Shown here piece by piece: positions 57,727-64,000 of a stretch of DNA of 64,000 nucleotides. The notes beneath the pieces were generated by a model, which had not been told where the DNA came from, made no database searches, and saw only the letters and a list, made by a program, of their open reading frames with translations. Where the stretch lies: contig CABMCJ010000002.1 of the NCBI GenBank assembly GCA_902384585.1, positions 88,629-152,628 of the forward strand. The letters are read 5' to 3'. The DNA comes from Candidatus Anstonella stagnisolia (GTDB taxonomy: Archaea > Micrarchaeota > Micrarchaeia > Anstonellales > Anstonellaceae). The stretch's first letter is position 1. Each line of letters begins with the position of its first letter. The translations under genes and the position numbers were made by a program.

Positions 57727-59166
57727 TTACTTCTTGTCCTCATCCCACATTTTCTTTATGAGCGAGCGCAGTTCCTCGCGCTTCTTGTCAAACTCCGCCT
57801 CTTCCTCGGAAGTGAGGTTTATTTTTTCCACAAGGGAGGGCGGAGCCGGCTCGTCGGAAAGTATTCCTAGGAGGTTGGACTCTTTTTCAAGCGCGGAGAG
57901 CTTTGAGGAAAGCTCGGAGTGCTGCATGCGAAGCTCTTTTGCCTGCCCTGCGAGCTTCTCTATCTGGACTTTTTTGAGGGAAATGTCGGAAAGCTTTCCG
58001 CTTATGCCCTCAAGCTCCGCAAGCTCTGGGGAAATGGAATTCTCAAACGTTTCCGCTGCCTGCTTGAGTTGAGTTGTGGTGTCAAGGACGTGCTCTGAGA
58101 GCTCGTTGAATTCTTTTCTAAGGCTGGAGACTGCTTCCCCTATGCCTTTTTCCTGCAATTGGAGCGCCTCTATTTTTGCAAGCTGCTCGTCCACGGAAGC
58201 GCGCGTGCCTTCGAGGTCTGCGAGCACCTTTTGGGATGCGCCTTCCGCGCTTTTTTGAACTGAATCAAGCTGAGAGCGGAATTTTTTCGCATCAAACTCT
58301 GTGGAAGAGCGTTCCATTTCCTTTATGCTGTTTGCAATGCGGGAGATCTGCTCCTGCAATCCCTTTTGTTCGAGCAGGGCTTCCTGCAACGTTGAGGAAA
58401 GCTGCTTTTGGGAGGAAATCGCAAGCTCCAAATCAGAGCGGAGCGAGCGCGCAAGGGAGGTGGGGTCCTCGTCCTCGAGCTTTTTTTGCAATGCGGCAAT
58501 TTTCTTCAGGACTGAATCGTATGCGCCCTTTGCGTCCTCTGCCTGGGAATCAAGCTTCTTTGCATAGCTTTTGAGAAGGGACGCGGACTGCGCAACGGAT
58601 TGCTTTTTGGATTTTGGGGGAAGAGGGACTGAAAGGTTGGAGCTTTTACCCTCAAGTATGCCAAGGGAAGAGGAGAGGCTTGAGATTTTCTTTTCAAGCG
58701 CATCAAGGGAGGCTTTTGAGGAGGAAATCTGCTCGCTTGCGTCAGTTCGAAGCGCGGAAAGCTGCTCTATGCGCGCAACAAGCATTGAGGCGCGCTTTTC
58801 AATTGAATTTATGCCCCCCAGCTTTGCATCCTTTTCAAGCGCGTCAAGCTCGCTTGCGGAGGATTCGAGCTTGCGCTGCATCTGGGAAACCTTTGAGAGA
58901 AGCTCTTTTTTCTGCTCGGTTATTTTTTGCGCGCGGGCGTTTATCACCGCAGGCTCCTGGTTGAGCCATACGAGGATTGCCTTTGTGAGCTGGTATTTTA
59001 TCGCGATTATGCCCTCGCCCTCAAGCACGCGCGCCCACTCCTCTACTGTGGATACGGGGAGGGAAAGCTCCTTTGCTGCCAACGGAAGCTCTATCTTCTT
59101 TTTCTCCTTTACAAGACGGATAAGAGCGTCAACGCCGGTGCTTATAAGCAGGTCATCAAGCGCCAT
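57727..59166 (-). CDS. N-terminal wHTH plus long coiled-coil protein
   Basis: TGVD.L..LV..AAKEL....TVEEWA.VLE.EG followed by ~380 aa of heptad pattern. Confidence 0.8.
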   Translation of the reverse strand: MALDDLLISTGVDALIRLVKEKKKIELPLAAKELSLPVSTVEEWARVLEGEGIIAIKYQLTKAILVWLNQEPAVINARAQKITEQKKELLSKVSQMQRKLESSASELDALEKDAKLGGINSIEKRASMLVARIEQLSALRTDASEQISSSKASLDALEKKISSLSSSLGILEGKSSNLSVPLPPKSKKQSVAQSASLLKSYAKKLDSQAEDAKGAYDSVLKKIAALQKKLEDEDPTSLARSLRSDLELAISSQKQLSSTLQEALLEQKGLQEQISRIANSIKEMERSSTEFDAKKFRSQLDSVQKSAEGASQKVLADLEGTRASVDEQLAKIEALQLQEKGIGEAVSSLRKEFNELSEHVLDTTTQLKQAAETFENSISPELAELEGISGKLSDISLKKVQIEKLAGQAKELRMQHSELSSKLSALEKESNLLGILSDEPAPPSLVEKINLTSEEEAEFDKKREELRSLIKKMWDEDKK

Positions 59167-59250
59167 AAACCGCTTGCAAATCCAACGCTTATAAAGATTT
59201 GTGTGCAACTCCTAACGAGAGAGAAAACGTAAAAAGGGCAGGTTGTTGCG

Positions 59251-60591
59251 ATGGTGAGCGCGGACTCAAAAATAAAAATAAGGGAAAGCCGCCCCATTGA
59301 CCGCTTCAAGAACCAGGGGAAAGTGCTTGAGCGCTTTGGCGAGGCAGGGATTTCAGTTTACGAGGCAGTAGTGGAAGGGCTGGATGCTGGCGCCATTGCG
59401 CAAAGGCTCGGCATGCCGATTGAAAAAATACTTGAAATACTCTCCTTCATGGAAGGGGCGGGGATGCTGGAAGCAATGGGAGGGACTGACGCCCCTGCGC
59501 AGGCGCAGAGGGTGGGTGCTGCAAGGGCGGGCGGATTTGCAAGCGGGGCAGGAAAATACGGGGAAGGGGATGAAGCAGGAAGCGCAAAGGCGGGTGCAGG
59601 CGGGTTTGGAACGGATGAAAATGATGCTGGCAACCCTTCTGAATCTGATGAGGCGCCTTCTGATGAGGGGCAAAAGGGGCGGATAAAGCCGAGGCAGGAA
59701 TTCGGGAAAGATGCAGACGAAGAGGAAATAAGCGTGATACCTGCGGGGCTTTCAAGCCTTGAGAAGCTTATTTACGAGAAATACGGGCCTGTTGGGATAA
59801 AGGTCTACAATCTCATAGACGGGGAGAAAACCGCGGAAGAGATACTGAACGAGACGCACATTTCCGAAGTAAAGCTTGTTGAGATACTGGAATTCATGGA
59901 CGAGCACGGCATAATAAAGCTGGAAAAGCCCGAGGAGAAAAAAGGCGAGGAAGCGCCCTCTGCGCCTGTTGAGAAATTCAAGCCGATTTTGGAGGAGGAA
60001 ACCGATCCTGCGGCTGCTGCTGCAAGGGCGAAAAAGGATGCGCTAAAGCCCCCGGCGCCGCCTGCGAAAAAGCAAAAGTGGGTGGAGCCGCCCTCGGACA
60101 TTGAGGAAATGATAGACATCATACCCATTGATGTGCCTGCGCTTGCGCCACTTGCGTTTGCGCAAAAGGCAGAGCTTAGTGCAACGCTGCCCCTTAAGTT
60201 CGGAAAGCTTGGGATGGACATGTTCAAGCTCATTGACGGCAAAACCGATTTTGTGGAAATTGCGCTGCAAATGCACTGCTCGCTCTTTGAAATAGATGAT
60301 GTACTGGGGTTCTTCGGGAAAAAGAACTTTGTTTCCTTTGCGCAGCTTCCCCGCGAAGAGATACGCAAAAAATACGGGGATGACGGGTTCTCCATATACA
60401 AGAAATACGGGAGGGACGGAGTATACCTTTACGAGCTCATTGGGAAGGAAAAGAGCCTGCGGGACATTATTTTATTGAGCAAGATAGAGCCCAAAAGGGC
60501 GGTTGAAATATTCGTATTCATACACCAGGTGCTAGGGCTTGACGTTCCGTTTGACAAAGACATGATATATCGCCAGCTTGGGATAAAGTAG
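59251..60591 (+). CDS. Protein with four wHTH-like repeats and acidic linkers
   Basis: Repeated (K/R)(Y/F)G..G..(V/L/M)(Y/F)..I(D)G.K...EI unit. Confidence 0.8.
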   Translation: MVSADSKIKIRESRPIDRFKNQGKVLERFGEAGISVYEAVVEGLDAGAIAQRLGMPIEKILEILSFMEGAGMLEAMGGTDAPAQAQRVGAARAGGFASGAGKYGEGDEAGSAKAGAGGFGTDENDAGNPSESDEAPSDEGQKGRIKPRQEFGKDADEEEISVIPAGLSSLEKLIYEKYGPVGIKVYNLIDGEKTAEEILNETHISEVKLVEILEFMDEHGIIKLEKPEEKKGEEAPSAPVEKFKPILEEETDPAAAAARAKKDALKPPAPPAKKQKWVEPPSDIEEMIDIIPIDVPALAPLAFAQKAELSATLPLKFGKLGMDMFKLIDGKTDFVEIALQMHCSLFEIDDVLGFFGKKNFVSFAQLPREEIRKKYGDDGFSIYKKYGRDGVYLYELIGKEKSLRDIILLSKIEPKRAVEIFVFIHQVLGLDVPFDKDMIYRQLGIK

Positions 60592-60592
60592 G

Positions 60593-61063
60593 TTAGAGTT
60601 TTGAGAGTGCCATCTTTTCTACTATGAGCTTTTCAAGTGGATAGAACTTGAGCGCCTCTTTTGAAATCCCGTAGAAATGCGCGAAGTGGGCTGCATCTTT
60701 TTTGCCCCATGAGAGCTTTTTGAGCCCAAGTGCGCCTGAAATTTTTTCCCATTTTGGGGCGCTTTTTCCGCCCTTGCTGCCTTTTACGCCCTTGCCCCAT
60801 GCAACAAGCACAAAGTCCTGTGCATCCTTTGCGCCAGCAATTTTTAGCGCGGAGGAGAAATTCTGCGTGAGCGCAAGCGTTGTGAGAAGGGAATTCTTTC
60901 CTTCTGAGGTTTCAAAAGCCGCGTTTATGCACAGCGGAGAATAAGCTATGTCCGGATTCAGCACTTGTATTGTTAGTTTTCCCTGTTTTTCAAAGACCGC
61001 GATTTTTTGCAGCAGAGTCGCTATATTCTGGGCATCCGAGGAGCAGTGTTGGACGAGAAGCAT
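60593..61063 (-). CDS. cgi121: KEOPS subunit Cgi121-like
   Basis: IQ.LN, T.N.S.AL...G.K, C-terminal LI.EKMAL. Confidence 0.65.
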   Translation of the reverse strand: MLLVQHCSSDAQNIATLLQKIAVFEKQGKLTIQVLNPDIAYSPLCINAAFETSEGKNSLLTTLALTQNFSSALKIAGAKDAQDFVLVAWGKGVKGSKGGKSAPKWEKISGALGLKKLSWGKKDAAHFAHFYGISKEALKFYPLEKLIVEKMALSKL

Positions 61064-61133
61064 AAGCTTTTTTAAGGTAACAACCTATAAATTACTCTCT
61101 TTAGCGAGTTAGCTATTAACCAGAGGGATTATT

Positions 61134-61514
61134 ATGGAGAAATACCACGGAAAAGGCAAAAGCAAGATTTCAGGCACAGGAGGAAGGATACGCAAGGCTG
61201 CGGACAAGAAGCTGCACCTCGCAGGCTCACCTTTTGGGGCAACAAAAATAGGAGACAAGGAAGTGCGCATTGTGTCGCGCCACCGGGGCAACACTTACAA
61301 GATACGCCTGAAAGTTGCAGGCTTTGCAAACGTGCTCACCAAAGAGGGCATAAAGAGGGTGAAGATAAAGAACGTTGCAGAAACGCCGGACAACCGCCAC
61401 TACGCAAGGCAGAACCTCATTACAAAAGGCGCAATCCTTGACAGCGACGTTGGGAAAATAAAAGTAACCAACAGAGTCGGGCAGGATGGCGTCGTCAACG
61501 CGATACTGCTTTGA
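61134..61514 (+). CDS. rps8e: Ribosomal protein eS8
   Basis: TGG, T.IG, N..YAR.N.ITKGA, VTNR.GQDGVVNA.L. Confidence 0.96.
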   Translation: MEKYHGKGKSKISGTGGRIRKAADKKLHLAGSPFGATKIGDKEVRIVSRHRGNTYKIRLKVAGFANVLTKEGIKRVKIKNVAETPDNRHYARQNLITKGAILDSDVGKIKVTNRVGQDGVVNAILL

Positions 61515-61635
61515 GCGTTGACGATAGGCAATGCGAAGCATTGCCGTGTGGTTAATGCCGTTCTTGTTTAATTTTTTTTCTTTTTCCAAAATTTTTTGCT
61601 TTTTTTGGGCTTTTTAGGGATTTTGCTGCTTTTTA
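61515..61635 (+). terminator. Stem-loop followed by long oligo-T tracts after rps8e
   Basis: GGCAATGC-GAA-GCATTGCC 61527-61545 inside an outer GCGTTGAC/GTTAATGC stem, then several T runs. Confidence 0.65.
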
Positions 61636-61690
61636 AATGTAGTGGAAAATGGTTTATTAATGAGATAACCCATAAAATATACGGGATACC

Positions 61691-62353
61691 ATGAACCAGC
61701 ATATTTCATCCATGAATTTGCAGCAGAGAAGGGACTTGTACAAAGAAGCCAATTGCGCATGGAAGGTCCCTCCAAAAGCCATGTGGAAACCCAGAACTGC
61801 GCAGGATAGGGAGGTAAGAAAAATTGCTTCTTCGTTGCTAAAGCTTAACCCTTATACGGACCGCATTAAGATAGAAGATAAGTGCGAGGCTGCGGCAGCA
61901 AAATTCGTAGATGCCTCAAATGCAAACCTCATGGGCATTGCCCCGGAAGCAGGAGAAATGGGCGCTGCAGAAAAAGCAGGACTGGAGCAGGCTGTAGCAA
62001 AGGAGCTAAAAGGCGAATTGAAGGGTTTCAGCCGAATGTTGAGAGGCGGCAACAAGGGCGGGATGTGGCTTGGCGCACTCATGGCCTTGGACTCCTCATA
62101 TTTGGCAATCGCAGTGGGAGATGCGTTCCTGAATGCAGCATCAACGTTTGAGGTCATTTTTACTGGTTTTTACACGCTGGTTTGGACAGGAACTACTCTG
62201 GGTGGAATAGCGTTTGCAATAGCCAACGGGGTTATAAACTCAAGAAAAAAGAGATTTGAGAGTTCGGTGCTTGGGCACAACTTGCGCGACGTGGCGGAGA
62301 AGGCAGTATTCGCGCACGCAGAAGCAAAACTAATTGAAGAACGCAGGACGTAA
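61691..62353 (+). CDS. Hypothetical protein with hydrophobic hairpin
   Basis: Own TTTATTAA promoter; two hydrophobic segments near the C-terminus. Confidence 0.65.
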   Translation: MNQHISSMNLQQRRDLYKEANCAWKVPPKAMWKPRTAQDREVRKIASSLLKLNPYTDRIKIEDKCEAAAAKFVDASNANLMGIAPEAGEMGAAEKAGLEQAVAKELKGELKGFSRMLRGGNKGGMWLGALMALDSSYLAIAVGDAFLNAASTFEVIFTGFYTLVWTGTTLGGIAFAIANGVINSRKKRFESSVLGHNLRDVAEKAVFAHAEAKLIEERRT

Positions 62354-63520
62354 TTATAGCAGCAAATAAATTGAAGGAACTATAATGCAGCCCATTACGT
62401 GGGTCCTTCGCACGCCAAGGAGAAGAGGGAGGAATCCAAGGCACGCTGAAATTGAAAGCACAAGAACTCCAAGAAGCCCGTTTATGAGGAAGGCTACTAT
62501 GAAGAGATAGGATATTATGGGGTAGCGGAGCGCTTGCAGCTTATTGAAATCGAACCTTGGGGCAAAGCGAAGCAAGAGGAAGAGAAGCAGGGCGGAAGCG
62601 CCCAAGCAAAGCGCAAAAGTGCCAAGGAGCGCGGGCGCGTTCTGGAAAGTGATGCCGCTTATTTGCTGTATCGCAACAAGGGAGCCTTCCCGCGCCTTCC
62701 CAAAGGAGAGCGCTGCTGAAAGCGCGAAAATCGCGTGCGAGGCTGCGATTGAGGCAACAAGCGCAAGGTAGTTTTTTGCATCCTCTATTTTCACGAAGAT
62801 GGAGGCGAAAACCGCGATTTGCGCGGGCGCTGCGATGCCTGGAAGAAGGTCGGAAAACATCCCAAGGAAAACGCCTGCGAAAACGTATTTCCAGTGGGTG
62901 AATTCAAGCAGGGGGGTTTCTTGCAGGGGAACTTGGGAGCTTTCTTTTGAGCTTGCGAGAAGCCCGCACACTGCAAAGAGCCCTGCGAACACGGAGAAGA
63001 GCGGCTCGCGCATTGTGCTGTTCATTGTGAGGATGCCAAGTATGCCGCACAGGAGGAACACGAGGGTTGCCTTTGCGATTTTAGGGAAATCCTTTTCGCT
63101 TGCGAGAAGGAATGCGCTTGCAAGAATGAGAAGAGGAAGCATGTAGGGCTTTATGAGCGAATAAATTAGGGGCATGAGCTGCAGCGCAAGGGGAAAGAGC
63201 AGAAGCGAGAGCAGCGCTGCAATGCAAAGGGATGCGGAAACTATGTAAAGCGCGTGCAAGCCCTTCCCTTCCTGCATAAGCCGGTGCCCTGGGAGCACGG
63301 ACTGCACTGTGTTCTCATCCGGCGCGCCTATGAAAATCGCGGGAAGGAAAGAGATGGAAATGTGCGCTGCAAAAACCGCCATTATGAAAAAGGAGAGGAA
63401 ATTTGAATCTATGGAAGTGGAGGCTGCAAGGGATGCGATTGTGTTGGAATGCAATCCGGGAACAAGCCCCGAGAGTGCGCCGAGGAGAAAGCCCGCAAGG
63501 ATTGCAAGGAAATCTGAGAT
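62354..63520 (-). CDS. TctA/DUF112-like tripartite tricarboxylate transporter permease
   Basis: G..SGLVPGLHSNT, P.IF.GAP, VLPGHRL..EG.G, G.RR...MG; frame extends upstream of the ORF-track start, probable ATC start. Confidence 0.85.
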   Translation of the reverse strand: MSDFLAILAGFLLGALSGLVPGLHSNTIASLAASTSIDSNFLSFFIMAVFAAHISISFLPAIFIGAPDENTVQSVLPGHRLMQEGKGLHALYIVSASLCIAALLSLLLFPLALQLMPLIYSLIKPYMLPLLILASAFLLASEKDFPKIAKATLVFLLCGILGILTMNSTMREPLFSVFAGLFAVCGLLASSKESSQVPLQETPLLEFTHWKYVFAGVFLGMFSDLLPGIAAPAQIAVFASIFVKIEDAKNYLALVASIAASHAIFALSAALSFGKAREGSLVAIQQISGITFQNAPALLGTFALCLGASALLLFLLLRFAPRFDFNKLQALRYPIISYLFIVAFLINGLLGVLVLSISACLGFLPLLLGVRRTHVMGCIIVPSIYLLL

Positions 63521-63532
63521 GCAAAGACCTCT

Positions 63533-63886
63533 TTATTGGAGAATAATTTTGCTTGCCTGCACGAATTTTGAGCCTGCTTCAACCTGCTTTACGCGGCCAG
63601 TTACGAGAAGGGAACTGCCTTTTCCCAAGAGGGCGCAGGGGAACGTGCTTTCATCCACGGAAACGCTTATGCAACTGGAATCGCACACTGAAAGCGTGCA
63701 GCCGTTATCACGCACAGTGAGCTTTTCTATTGAACCGCTAAACTGCACGTTTGTGCCTTGGGGGGAGAACTTTGCACCTATGGGGGTGGTGCGCACGAGC
63801 GTTTCGCCAAAAAAATAAAGGAGCAGCAACCCGAGTATGCAAAGGAGAACGCACAGGAAAATTATCCTTTTCTCATCCAGAAGCAC
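63533..63886 (-). CDS. Membrane-anchored OB-fold-like protein
   Basis: N-terminal TM; V.F.G.I, V.D....I.V, G..L.V.G.V. Confidence 0.7.
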   Translation of the reverse strand: MLLDEKRIIFLCVLLCILGLLLLYFFGETLVRTTPIGAKFSPQGTNVQFSGSIEKLTVRDNGCTLSVCDSSCISVSVDESTFPCALLGKGSSLLVTGRVKQVEAGSKFVQASKIILQ

Positions 63887-63922
63887 GAAAGTTTAAAGAA
63901 TGCGGAGTTTTAAACTTTTACC

Positions 63923-64000
63923 ATGGGGAACGTTCTTATAAAAGGCGCAACGCTTGCAAGCGGGAAGCAGGCAGACGTGCTTATTGAGGGAAGCCGGATT
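63923..64000 (+). CDS. Amidohydrolase-superfamily protein, N-terminus only
   Basis: MGNVLIKGATLASGKQADVLIEGSRI matches the LIK...DVLIEG.RI N-terminal beta domain; cut by window edge. Confidence 0.65.
   Translation, partial: MGNVLIKGATLASGKQADVLIEGSRI

Noticed and set aside
57727-59166. SMC/Rad50 ATPase
   Set aside because: No Walker A/B, signature motif, hinge or zinc hook

Overview
Gene-dense archaeal chromosomal segment. Gene content (exosome/proteasome superoperon, KEOPS subunits, Cdc6, CDC48, intron-containing tRNA, class III pilin, tandem-Lrp regulators) points to a DPANN archaeon, most consistent with Micrarchaeota (inference). It carries about 60 CDS, mostly housekeeping, plus a type IV pilus locus, tRNA-Thr(GGT) with an 82-nt intron and a box C/D sRNA. 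I saw no CRISPR array, transposase, integrase or reverse transcriptase. Best candidates for undescribed biology: (1) a module present twice, a tandem-Lrp regulator divergent from a two-subunit (A/B) Cys-rich repeat protein, fused in one copy and split in the other; (2) a three-way-junction element overlapping the rrp4 ribosome-binding site in the exosome operon; (3) a ~1130-aa Pro/Gln-rich disordered protein inside the pilus operon, with a divergent pair of wHTH proteins nearby; (4) a leaderless Pro-containing uORF with a terminator before proC; (5) stand-alone orphan or degenerate-enzyme genes with N-terminal leaders. All family calls come from motif recognition by eye, not database searches.
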